Below are positions 45,813-54,575 of a DNA stretch of 64,000 bases, piece after piece; positions within the stretch are counted from its first letter, which is position 1, and each line of letters starts with the position of its first letter. This DNA is from Bacteroidota bacterium (GTDB lineage: Bacteria; Bacteroidota; Bacteroidia; Bacteroidales; VadinHA17), in contig JBAXXU010000002.1 of NCBI GenBank assembly GCA_037127735.1, positions 18,406 to 82,405 on the forward strand, given 5' to 3'. The notes beneath the pieces were generated by a model. The model searched no databases and was not told the DNA's origin. It saw nothing but the letters and a program-made list of their open reading frames with translations. The translations under genes were made by a program, and so were the position numbers.

Positions 45813-47060
45813 TCACAGTCCGTATTTTGCCACGATCTGTTCCCTGGTTATCCCCAGAATACCATATTTTTTTCCGACTTTAATGAATGAAGCCAGAGCT
45901 TTATCAAGATGGTGAATCTCATGTCCGGCAGATATCTGGGTCCTTATCCTTGCCTGACCGTTAGGCACAACAGGGAAAAAGAAACCAATAGCATAAATTC
46001 CTTCATTATAAAGATCTTTCGAAAAGTCCTGGGATAATTTTGCATTAAAGAACATTACCGGAACAATAGGGCTGTCTCCATCTTTAAGAATAAAACCGGC
46101 TTCTGTTAATCCTTTTCTCCAGTAGGCTGCATTTTTTTCCAGTTTATCCCTCCTTTCTGTACTTGAGGATAATATATCAAATACTCTCAGGACACCTGAT
46201 ACGATTACCGGAGCAATAGTGTTTGAAAAGAGATAAGGACGGGCCTTCTGTCTGCACATCTGCACTATCTCTTTTCTTCCTGAAACACATCCTCCCGATG
46301 CGCCTCCGAGGGCTTTTCCGAAGGTGGTAGTTATTATATCTATTTTCCCGATAACATTACAATGCTCGTGAGTACCGCGACCTGTTCTGCCAATGAACCC
46401 GGTTGAGTGGGAATCATCCACCAGTATCATTGCATCATATTTTTCACAAAGGGTTACCATCTCATCAAGTTTAGCTATATCCCCATCCATGGAAAAGACA
46501 CCGTCGGTAATTACAAGTTTTATCCTTTTATCTTCATGCAACCGGAGTTTTTCTTCAAGATGCTCCATGTTTGAATGTTTAAAAGTATCATGCTGTGCAC
46601 TGCATAGCCTCATCCCATCTATAATTGAAGCATGAACAAGCCTGTCGGAGATCATTACATCCTCGCTTGTCAGAATAGCTTCAAAAACACCTGCATTGGC
46701 ATCCATGCATGATGGGAACAGGATTGTGTCTTCTGTACCAAGAAACTCAGTAACTTTTTTTTCCAGTTCCCTGTGAATGTCCTGTGTGCCACAGATAAAA
46801 CGGACAGACGACATTCCATAACCTCTGCTCTCCAGACCCTCGTGGGCTGCCTTTATAACTTCCGGATGACTTGAAAGGCCAAGGTAATTATTAGCACACA
46901 TATTTATGACTTTCTTAACATCGGCTCCTGATGGAAACTCAACTTCAATGTCGGCAGCCTGTGAAGAATGAATGAACCTTTCTTCTTTATAGATCCCTGC
47001 ATTACGGATATCTCCGAGCTGGGTCTGATAAAGATGCTTGATCTTGTCGCTATAGCTCAT
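45813..47060 (-). CDS. Second, divergent Kbl-like alpha-oxoamine synthase
   Basis: NMCANNYLGL, SSVRFICGTQ, DDSHSTG, TTFGKALGG and ARIRTQ. Has an insertion near FPSGADVKK and a C-terminal extension. Confidence 0.9.
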   Translation of the reverse strand: MSYSDKIKHLYQTQLGDIRNAGIYKEERFIHSSQAADIEVEFPSGADVKKVINMCANNYLGLSSHPEVIKAAHEGLESRGYGMSSVRFICGTQDIHRELEKKVTEFLGTEDTILFPSCMDANAGVFEAILTSEDVMISDRLVHASIIDGMRLCSAQHDTFKHSNMEHLEEKLRLHEDKRIKLVITDGVFSMDGDIAKLDEMVTLCEKYDAMILVDDSHSTGFIGRTGRGTHEHCNVIGKIDIITTTFGKALGGASGGCVSGRKEIVQMCRQKARPYLFSNTIAPVIVSGVLRVFDILSSSTERRDKLEKNAAYWRKGLTEAGFILKDGDSPIVPVMFFNAKLSQDFSKDLYNEGIYAIGFFFPVVPNGQARIRTQISAGHEIHHLDKALASFIKVGKKYGILGITREQIVAKYGL

Positions 47061-47082
47061 CGTGTTTGTAAAATAAGGATAA

Positions 47083-47331
47083 TTACTGTTTAATATATTG
47101 ATTTACAAGCTCAACCATATTATTCACAGAGTCAAAAGCTTCAGGTGTTGCCTTTGCAGGTGGGATTTTTATCTTGAATTTATTCTCAATAAAAACCAGT
47201 AGTGACACCATTGAGAATGAGTCAACATAGCCACTTGATATCAAGGGAGTATCAAAGGTTATTTCTTCATCCTCGTCTTCCATGTATTCTTTTTTTACAT
47301 AATTCAGAATTATGTCTTTCATCTCTTCCAT
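47083..47331 (-). CDS. Acyl/aminoacyl carrier protein (DltC-like)
   Basis: 82 aa, acidic. L.SSGYVDSF with the phosphopantetheine site at Ser38, then IE.KF.IKI and F.SV..M. Confidence 0.9.
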   Translation of the reverse strand: MEEMKDIILNYVKKEYMEDEDEEITFDTPLISSGYVDSFSMVSLLVFIENKFKIKIPPAKATPEAFDSVNNMVELVNQYIKQ

Positions 47332-47363
47332 AGCACATTAAATTAAAGATTTATATTAAGTAT

Positions 47364-49067
47364 TTAATCGTTTTCAAGAGTGGAAATATCTCCGGTTTCC
47401 TCGCCCCATTCCTTTGCATGAAGTAGTCTTCTCATAATTTTCCCGCTTCGTGTTTTTGGGAGCTTATCCATATATTCAATTTCTTGTGGCATTGCCATGG
47501 GAGAAAGTTTTTTTCGGATAAAGTTCATTATTTCAAGTTCAAGATCAGGGCTTGCAGTAATTCCCGGTTTTAAAGTAATGAATGCCTTAACCACCTCCAT
47601 GTTAACGTCGTCAGGTTTAGCTACAACAGCAGATTCGCAGACAGCAGGATGCTGGAGAAGAGCAGATTCAACTTCAAAAGGACTTACCAGATGCCCTCCT
47701 GTATTAATAACATCATCATCTCTTCCGATAAACCAGAAATATCCTTCATTGTCTATTCTGGCCCTGTCGCCCGACAGGTACCAACCATTTATAAACTTCT
47801 CCCTGTACTTCGCATCATTGTTCCAGTATGCCCGCATCATGGCAGGCCATCCGGGTTTGAACGCGAGAAGCCCGATTTTCCCCGGTTCTCTGATCGGCTC
47901 AAAGGTTACCGGATCCAAAACTACACCCTCGATCCCGGGAAATGGTTTGCCCATTGAACCGGGCTTAACTTTCATACCGGGGAAATTTGTAATCATTATT
48001 GACCCTGTCTCTGTTTGCCAGAAAGTATCGAGGAATGGCTTTCCGAATTTTTTTTGCGACCAGATTACAGCTTCCGGGTTCAATGGTTCTCCCACACTGG
48101 CAAGGTGTCGCAAACTTGAGAGGTCATAATCCTTAATTATTTCATCACCTGCTTTCATCAACGATCTGATAGCGGTTGGTGCTGAATACCACATCGTGAT
48201 TTTCTGTTTCTCGATAAACTTATACCAGGCCTGGGCTGAGAAGCCTGAATCGAATACACACTGAGTGATGCCAAGGCTCCAGGGGCCAATAATACCATAA
48301 GAAGTGCCTGTAACCCATCCCGGATCAGCAGTGCACCAGTAAATATCGTCTTCCTGAAGGTCAAGCACCCACTTTGTTGTAAGATATTGTGAGATAAGAG
48401 AATAATGAACATGTTTTACCCCTTTAGGCTGTCCGGTAGTTCCGGAGGTATAGTGCAGCACAGAGGGTGATTCAGCTTCTGTAGGATAGATATTCATCTT
48501 CTCAACGGGGAAAGATGCATCCAGACTAAATGGCACCTCTTTGTTTTCCAGAGCTTTTGTTTTATTGTGATCAACGATGATAATAAATTCCAGGGAAGGA
48601 AGGCTCTCAACTATTTTTTTCACTTTTGGTAAATGTTTTCTCTGAGTAATTATTGCACGGGTTTGTGCATTATTGAGCCTTACAAAAAGTGATTCATCGC
48701 CAAATGCCGAAAACAGGGGCTGAACAATAGCTCCGATTTTTAATACTCCGAGAAAAGAAAGGTACAATTCAGGTATCCGGTCCATAAAAAGACAAACCCT
48801 GTCTTCATTCCTGATACCAAGCCCCGCCAGGAATGTGCCTATTGTATTACTTGCAAGGCGGATGTCATTAAAGGTAAATTTCTTTTCCACACCGCCAAAT
48901 CCCTCATAAATAAGGGCTGTTTTGTCAGACTTTCCCATCAGGCAAATCCGGTCAGAGCAGTACCATCCTATATTTATTTTATCACCATGCTTGTGTCCGA
49001 GTTCCTTTTCAGAAACTGACCAGTCAAAATCTTTAAGTCTTTCCTCGTAAGAACCTATATTTGACAT
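47364..49067 (-). CDS. AcsA-like short-chain acid adenylating ligase (acetate--CoA/ACP ligase)
   Basis: HYTSGTTGQPKG, WCTADPGWVTG, SVGEPLNPE, DTFWQTETG, SGDRA, GRDDD and LPKTRSGKIMRR. Likely start 49067. Confidence 0.9.
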   Translation of the reverse strand: MSNIGSYEERLKDFDWSVSEKELGHKHGDKINIGWYCSDRICLMGKSDKTALIYEGFGGVEKKFTFNDIRLASNTIGTFLAGLGIRNEDRVCLFMDRIPELYLSFLGVLKIGAIVQPLFSAFGDESLFVRLNNAQTRAIITQRKHLPKVKKIVESLPSLEFIIIVDHNKTKALENKEVPFSLDASFPVEKMNIYPTEAESPSVLHYTSGTTGQPKGVKHVHYSLISQYLTTKWVLDLQEDDIYWCTADPGWVTGTSYGIIGPWSLGITQCVFDSGFSAQAWYKFIEKQKITMWYSAPTAIRSLMKAGDEIIKDYDLSSLRHLASVGEPLNPEAVIWSQKKFGKPFLDTFWQTETGSIMITNFPGMKVKPGSMGKPFPGIEGVVLDPVTFEPIREPGKIGLLAFKPGWPAMMRAYWNNDAKYREKFINGWYLSGDRARIDNEGYFWFIGRDDDVINTGGHLVSPFEVESALLQHPAVCESAVVAKPDDVNMEVVKAFITLKPGITASPDLELEIMNFIRKKLSPMAMPQEIEYMDKLPKTRSGKIMRRLLHAKEWGEETGDISTLEND

Positions 49068-49130
49068 AAATGTAAATGTATGAAAGTTTAACAATGACAT
49101 CCAAGATAGTAAAAATTTTTGAAGAGTAAG

Positions 49131-50189
49131 CTATTTCTTGTGATTATTACCCTCCTGTTCCCAGTTTAAGATTATTTTACCGCAATTTCCTTCTTCCATG
49201 GCATCGAAACCCTTCTGAAAGTCATCTATAAAGAAACGATGTGTGATAACAGGATTCAGATCTATTCCTCCAATGATCATCTGTTCCATTTTATACCATG
49301 TTTCCCACATCTCTCTTCCATAGATACCCTTCAGGGTTATTGCCTTGAAAATGATATCACTCCACGGAACTTCAAAGTTCGACGGGAGAATCCCCAGCAA
49401 TGAAATGCTCGATCCATTGTACATATTGCTGAGCATCTCAACGAACGCTTTTGGCGACCCCGACATCTCAAGTCCGATATCAAATCCCCTCATTCCAAGT
49501 TTAGCAACCGCATCAGAGATTTTTTCTCTTTTTGATGGATTGACTGTAATTGTTGCCCCCATCTTTTTAGCGATGTCAAGGCGGAAATCACTTAGATCGC
49601 TTGCAACAATGAACCTTGCACCTGCAAACCTGGCAATCGCCACGGCCATGCTTCCGATAAGTCCCGAACCAGTTATCAAAACATCTTCCCCAAGGAGTGG
49701 GAACGATAAAGCTGTATGAGTTGCATTTCCAAATGGATCCATAATCGCGGCCCACTCGTCAGGGATTCGAGGGTCGAGTGGAATCACGTTTTTGGCAGGT
49801 ACCTTTACATACTCTGCAAATGATCCATCGATATGTACGCCAATGCCTACAGTATTTTCGCACACATGCTCCTTGCTACGGCGACAGTTACGGCAATGGC
49901 CGCAAGCCAGATGGCCCTCACCTGTTACTCTTTCGCCCGTTTTAAGATTGGTAACTCCTGCCCCCATCATTTCAATATGCCCCATGTACTCATGGCCTAT
50001 CGTCATTGGTGTTTTGATAGTTTTTTGTGACCATTCATCCCACTCATAAATATGGAGATCGGTGCCACAGATTGCTGACTTCTGCACTTTTATAATAACA
50101 TCATTAAGGCCCGGTTCAGGAATAGGAACTTCCTGCATCCACAACCCCTTTTCGGGTCTGGCTTTGACAAGTGCCTTCATCTTCTTCAT
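49131..50189 (-). CDS. tdh: L-threonine 3-dehydrogenase (Zn-dependent MDR type)
   Basis: ICGTDLHIY.WD.W, GHE, GEGH..CGHCRNC.....H.C, DPFGNA.HT, EMSG and GIYGREMWETW. Confidence 0.9.
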   Translation of the reverse strand: MKKMKALVKARPEKGLWMQEVPIPEPGLNDVIIKVQKSAICGTDLHIYEWDEWSQKTIKTPMTIGHEYMGHIEMMGAGVTNLKTGERVTGEGHLACGHCRNCRRSKEHVCENTVGIGVHIDGSFAEYVKVPAKNVIPLDPRIPDEWAAIMDPFGNATHTALSFPLLGEDVLITGSGLIGSMAVAIARFAGARFIVASDLSDFRLDIAKKMGATITVNPSKREKISDAVAKLGMRGFDIGLEMSGSPKAFVEMLSNMYNGSSISLLGILPSNFEVPWSDIIFKAITLKGIYGREMWETWYKMEQMIIGGIDLNPVITHRFFIDDFQKGFDAMEEGNCGKIILNWEQEGNNHKK

Positions 50190-50236
50190 AACGAACAGCT
50201 TTAAAGGTGGTAATTATTAGTTCTGCTAAATTAATA

Positions 50237-50244
50237 CAAAACTA
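50237..50244 (-). promoter_or_regulatory. -7 element TAGTTTTG for the tdh module
   Basis: CAAAACTA on the + strand, about 47 nt upstream of the tdh ATG. Confidence 0.45.
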
Positions 50245-50294
50245 TGGTACAAAACCTGATTTTTGTAATAGTATTATATGTAATCGGGTTTGTA

Positions 50295-50302
50295 TATCTT
50301 TG
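50295..50302 (+). promoter_or_regulatory. -7 element TATCTTTG for gltX
   Basis: TAnnTTTG 28 nt upstream of ATG 50331, which supports that start over 50244. Confidence 0.6.
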
Positions 50303-50330
50303 TACATATTTTAACCTATATATTCCTTAT

Positions 50331-51839
50331 ATGGCACAAGTCAGAGTACGTTTTGCCCCAAGCCCTACCGGGCCTTTGCACATCGGAGGCGTCAGGACGG
50401 CCCTGTATAATTACATTTTCGCGAAAAAAAGCGGAGGTATTTTCATTTTAAGAATTGAAGATACAGATCAGGCGCGTTTTGTTGAAGGAGCAGAGGAATA
50501 TATTATGGAGGCGCTTAAATGGTGCGGAATAATTGTTGATGAAGGGATCAAAGAGGGAGGAGATTTTGGCCCTTACCGGCAGAGCGACAAAAAAGCAATA
50601 TACAGACAATACGCAGATATTCTTATAAATAATGGCGATGCATATTATGCTTTTGATACTCCGGAACAACTTGAAACATTAAGAAATGAATCGGAAAAAA
50701 CAGGCAATACATTTATTTATAATGCAGAAGTAAGAGAAAAACTAAATAACTCGGTCTCTTTGCAGGAAACAGAATGGAAGCGTAAACTTGATAATGGGGA
50801 ACCTTATGTTATACGCTACAAAATGCCTCATAACGAGGATATACATTTTGATGATATTATCCGGGGGAACATTGTTGTAAACACTTCCACCCTCGATGAT
50901 AAAGTTTTATTCAAATCTGACGGCATGCCTACATATCACCTGGCTAATATTGTTGACGATCATCTTATGAAGATAAGCCATGTTATCCGTGGGGAAGAGT
51001 GGCTCCCTTCATTACCCCTTCACTTTATGCTTTATCGGTCTTTCGGATGGGATACCCCTCTCTTTGCCCACCTTCCTTTACTTCTTAAGCCGGATGGGAA
51101 AGGGAAATTAAGTAAACGTGACGGTGACAAATTGGGATTTCCGGTTTTTCCCCTTTTCTGGCCCTATGGAGAAACAGCAAAAGGATACCGTGAAGAAGGA
51201 TATTATGCCGATGCATTTGTAAATATGCTGGCTCTGCTGGGATGGAACCCGGGTACAGAACAGGAATTTTTTTCAATGAAGGAGCTGACTGAAGCCTTTA
51301 CTCTTGACAGGGTTGGTAAATCGGGTTCACGGTTTGACCCTGAAAAAGCAAAATGGTTCAATCACCATTATCTTCAGAACAAAACAAGTACTCAGCTGGC
51401 CCTTGAGTTCAGAGAGTTCCTGAGAGCTCGTGGATATCATGTTGACATTGTTCAGCTTGAGACTCTTGTCGGGCTCGTGAAAGAGAGAGTAAGTTTTGTT
51501 AAGGATATATGGGACCAGACCGATTTCTTTTTTAAAGCTCCGGAAACTTATGATCAGGAAGTGATTAAAAAGCGATGGAAAGAGGATTCAGCTATGCTTC
51601 TTATGGAATTAAAATGTTTGTTAGAAAAGATTAACGATTTTTCAGCTGCCAATACCGAACTTCTTGTTAAAGCCTGGATTGAGGAAAAGGGATATAACAC
51701 CTCGACAATTATGAGCGCTCTCAGATTGGTAATTGTTGGCACATCGCGTGGCCCTCATATTTTCGACATAATAAGCTGGATCGGAAGGGAGGAGACCCTT
51801 AAACGGATAGACAAAGGATTTTCAGTAATTGGTAAATAA
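50331..51839 (+). CDS. gltX: Glutamate--tRNA ligase
   Basis: VRVRFAPSPTGPLHIGG, RIEDTDQ.R, PTYHLANIVDD, IRGEEW and KLSKR. Confidence 0.98.
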   Translation: MAQVRVRFAPSPTGPLHIGGVRTALYNYIFAKKSGGIFILRIEDTDQARFVEGAEEYIMEALKWCGIIVDEGIKEGGDFGPYRQSDKKAIYRQYADILINNGDAYYAFDTPEQLETLRNESEKTGNTFIYNAEVREKLNNSVSLQETEWKRKLDNGEPYVIRYKMPHNEDIHFDDIIRGNIVVNTSTLDDKVLFKSDGMPTYHLANIVDDHLMKISHVIRGEEWLPSLPLHFMLYRSFGWDTPLFAHLPLLLKPDGKGKLSKRDGDKLGFPVFPLFWPYGETAKGYREEGYYADAFVNMLALLGWNPGTEQEFFSMKELTEAFTLDRVGKSGSRFDPEKAKWFNHHYLQNKTSTQLALEFREFLRARGYHVDIVQLETLVGLVKERVSFVKDIWDQTDFFFKAPETYDQEVIKKRWKEDSAMLLMELKCLLEKINDFSAANTELLVKAWIEEKGYNTSTIMSALRLVIVGTSRGPHIFDIISWIGREETLKRIDKGFSVIGK

Positions 51840-51844
51840 TAGAG

Positions 51845-52558
51845 ATGAATCTTCCGCGGCCAGGAGACTATATTGATATCCACACTCATGATGCCAGGCC
51901 TGCTGCAGGTATTTTCGTCATCGAGAATCTGATGGCACATGAAGACAGATTACCCGAAGATGATTCAGGATTTGTTTATTCCTATGGCATACATCCCTGG
52001 TTTCTTAATGAAAAAAATCATAATCAACTAATCAGTTCTGTAGAAAATTCAGTCAATCTCCCCAATATGATAGCTATTGGTGAAGCAGGATTTGATAAAC
52101 TTCGCGGACCATCGCAGGAACTTCAGCGGGAAGTTTTTGAAGAGCAGGTTGAAATAGCTGAGGCCCATGCAAAGCCTGTTATTATTCATTGTGTCAGAGC
52201 CTGGGATGAACTTCTTGAAGCTCATAAAAAAGCTCACCCGAAAATGCCCTGGCTCATACATGGATTCAGAGGCAAAAAGGAGCTCGCGGCACAGCTCCTG
52301 TCAAAAGGAATGTACCTTTCATTCTGGTTCGATTTTGTGATAAAACCGGAATCTTCAGGCCTTATAAAGAGTTTGCCAACCGACAGGATATTTCTTGAAA
52401 CAGATGGAGCAGAGGTAGATATACGGGAAATTTATAAAAAAGTTGCAGGAGATCTCAATATTTCAGTGGGTGAATTAAAAGCAATTGTACTATCGAATTT
52501 TAATCTGTTTTTTAACCAACCTGCCCCCAAAGAGGGAGGTGCAAATAATAATAAATAA
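51845..52558 (+). CDS. TatD-family hydrolase
   Basis: DIHTH, GIHPW, IGEAGFD, IIHCVRA, HGF and LETD. Confidence 0.92.
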   Translation: MNLPRPGDYIDIHTHDARPAAGIFVIENLMAHEDRLPEDDSGFVYSYGIHPWFLNEKNHNQLISSVENSVNLPNMIAIGEAGFDKLRGPSQELQREVFEEQVEIAEAHAKPVIIHCVRAWDELLEAHKKAHPKMPWLIHGFRGKKELAAQLLSKGMYLSFWFDFVIKPESSGLIKSLPTDRIFLETDGAEVDIREIYKKVAGDLNISVGELKAIVLSNFNLFFNQPAPKEGGANNNK

Positions 52559-52590
52559 CGTAACCTTCTTATATATAATATTATAGATAG

Positions 52591-53313
52591 ATGACTGATT
52601 GGCTTTCACGTACAGAATTGCTTCTTGGAGAAGATGGTTTGCAGAAATTAAAGACAGCAAATGTACTGGTTGTCGGATTAGGCGGTGTAGGTTCTTATGC
52701 TGCTGAAATGATATGCCGTGCAGGAGTCGGGTCTATGACTATTGTTGATGGCGATGTTATTCAGGCTTCAAACAGGAACAGACAGCTGCCTGCCCTTAAA
52801 AGCGCAGAGGGTTTAGCAAAAGCGGAAGTTATGGGTATGAGGTTAAGAGACATTAACCCTGAACTCAATCTGATAGTTATTCAGGAATATCTTAAGGATG
52901 AAAAAATGACTGATGTGCTTGATGTTGGTTTCGATTATGTTGTTGATGCCATTGATACGCTGTCACCTAAAATTTTTCTTATTTATCACAGTCTGCAAAA
53001 AAAATTTCCTCTTGTCAGTTCAATGGGCGCCGGGGGTAAATTTGACCCTGCAAGGATAAGCATTTCTGATATTTCCGAAACGACCGATTGTAAACTTGCC
53101 CGTATTTTAAGAAAACGCCTGCATAGGCTGGGTATCAGAGAAGGTTTTGTAGCTGTATATTCTCCTGAAGTCATTGATAAAAGCAAAATTGTACCAACAA
53201 ACGGTGAGCAAAATAAAGCTTCTATTGTTGGTACGATTTCATATATGCCTGCCGCCTTCGGAATCGCTTGCGCATCAGTGGTTATACGCGATCTGGCCGG
53301 CATACACAGATGA
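52591..53313 (+). CDS. tcdA: tRNA threonylcarbamoyladenosine dehydratase (ThiF family)
   Basis: RTELLLG, VGLGGVGS, SNRNRQL, DAIDT, SSMGAGGK.DP and GTISYMPA.FG. Confidence 0.93.
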   Translation: MTDWLSRTELLLGEDGLQKLKTANVLVVGLGGVGSYAAEMICRAGVGSMTIVDGDVIQASNRNRQLPALKSAEGLAKAEVMGMRLRDINPELNLIVIQEYLKDEKMTDVLDVGFDYVVDAIDTLSPKIFLIYHSLQKKFPLVSSMGAGGKFDPARISISDISETTDCKLARILRKRLHRLGIREGFVAVYSPEVIDKSKIVPTNGEQNKASIVGTISYMPAAFGIACASVVIRDLAGIHR

Positions 53314-53522
53314 AAAAGCTTAAACTATGATGATACTTATGGGTTAGCAGGGCAATATCAATAGTGATGTACAAACTGCTCAGACCGGGAATATAGTTTT
53401 TAAATATTTATCAATAAATACCAAATCAATCGGAAAATAATTCTTTTTCATAGCCTTTGTTTTATATAATATGCCTAACTTGTACTGATAATTTCCTGAT
53501 TTGTAACTAAACAAGTTTAACA

Positions 53523-54035
53523 ATGAAAATCCTTATTACCGGATTTGTCGTATTCGTGTTATGGTGCTTTATTTCCGCGTGGCTTTATAATGATAAGTTG
53601 TTGCCTGCGATGAAAAGGCCTGTACCGATACAGATAATTCCTGAATCACAGACTAATGCGGCAGATTCTTTAACAAAACTTAAAGCATTGATGCCAAAGA
53701 ACCTTCTGATCTATTTTGAATTTAATAATGCAAAATTCAAACCTGATCCGCAAATTGACATCAGCATTGCTGAATTTAAGAATTGGCTTGGAAAATATCC
53801 TGTATCAAATCTTTCAGTTACCGGGTACACTGATTTAGTTGGTACACAGGATTATAATCAGACTCTCGGGCTCAGGAGGGCGCAGATAGTTCAGAAATAT
53901 CTTGAAGAAAAGGGAATCCCCCCGGCTATTATTATTATTGATTCAAAAGGAAAGGATCAAGCTTTGGTTCATTACATTACCGAAGAGGGAAGAGCCAAAA
54001 ACAGAAGAACAGAAATATCAATTAATATGAAATAA
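53523..54035 (+). CDS. OmpA/MotB-like peptidoglycan-binding protein with an N-terminal membrane anchor
   Basis: IYFEFN, VTGYTD..G...YN..LG.RRA..V and GRAKNRRTEI. Confidence 0.88.
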   Translation: MKILITGFVVFVLWCFISAWLYNDKLLPAMKRPVPIQIIPESQTNAADSLTKLKALMPKNLLIYFEFNNAKFKPDPQIDISIAEFKNWLGKYPVSNLSVTGYTDLVGTQDYNQTLGLRRAQIVQKYLEEKGIPPAIIIIDSKGKDQALVHYITEEGRAKNRRTEISINMK

Positions 54036-54036
54036 T

Positions 54037-54342
54037 ATGAAACCATTGTTTATACTACTCACGCAATCTGTTACAGGAGCTGTAATAACTATTGTTGCTT
54101 TGCTCCTATTAGCAGCAGTCATTGGATATTTTACTGCCTGGTTTTACGCAAAATCAGTTTATACTCCTGTTATTAAAGGCCTTGAAGCGGATAATGCCGG
54201 ATTAAAAAAACAGGTCACAGATCTAAAGGATGATATTGGTAAGCTTAATGGTAAGGTTGATAAGCTGAATGAGAAAATCGGCAAACTTGAAGAGGAGATA
54301 GCCGTTATGGATAAAAGGATAATAAACCCGGATAAGGAATAA
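54037..54342 (+). CDS. Hypothetical membrane-anchored coiled-coil protein
   Basis: TM segment followed by heptad repeats (L......L). Starts 1 nt after the OmpA gene stop. Confidence 0.7.
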   Translation: MKPLFILLTQSVTGAVITIVALLLLAAVIGYFTAWFYAKSVYTPVIKGLEADNAGLKKQVTDLKDDIGKLNGKVDKLNEKIGKLEEEIAVMDKRIINPDKE

Positions 54343-54435
54343 CCTGAGGTTATCTGCATAAGCGATATCTGACCACTGCACATAAAAGAAATTATTTCTC
54401 TTATGTGAGAAAAAGTGTTATTTTCTCTATTTAAA

Positions 54436-54485
54436 ACCCCCTTTCCTCCCGATAGCTATAAGAACTTCCAGGGGGCAAGGAGGGT
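54436..54485. repeat. Degenerate C-run/G-run palindrome (REP-like)
   Basis: ACCCCCTTTCCTCCC ... GGGGGCAAGGAGGGT, with CCCGATAGCTAT inside. Confidence 0.45.
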
Positions 54486-54575
54486 GAATTAGTATGTTTA
54501 GAATATAGGGAGCGGTATTGGGGTGAGGTATAAATCAGGTTATTAAATTGCATTTACCATTAATTGATTAAAAGT

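Noticed and set aside
39909-50189. The tdh/kbl module supplying aminopropanol for cobalamin used by the neighbouring NrdJ
   Set aside because: Chemically conceivable, but there are no cobalamin genes in the window and the units are convergent, so adjacency is the only support.
50244-50330. Hydrophobic N-terminal extension on GltX in the ORF track
   Set aside because: A -7 promoter element lies inside it (50295-302), and the conserved sequence begins at ATG 50331.
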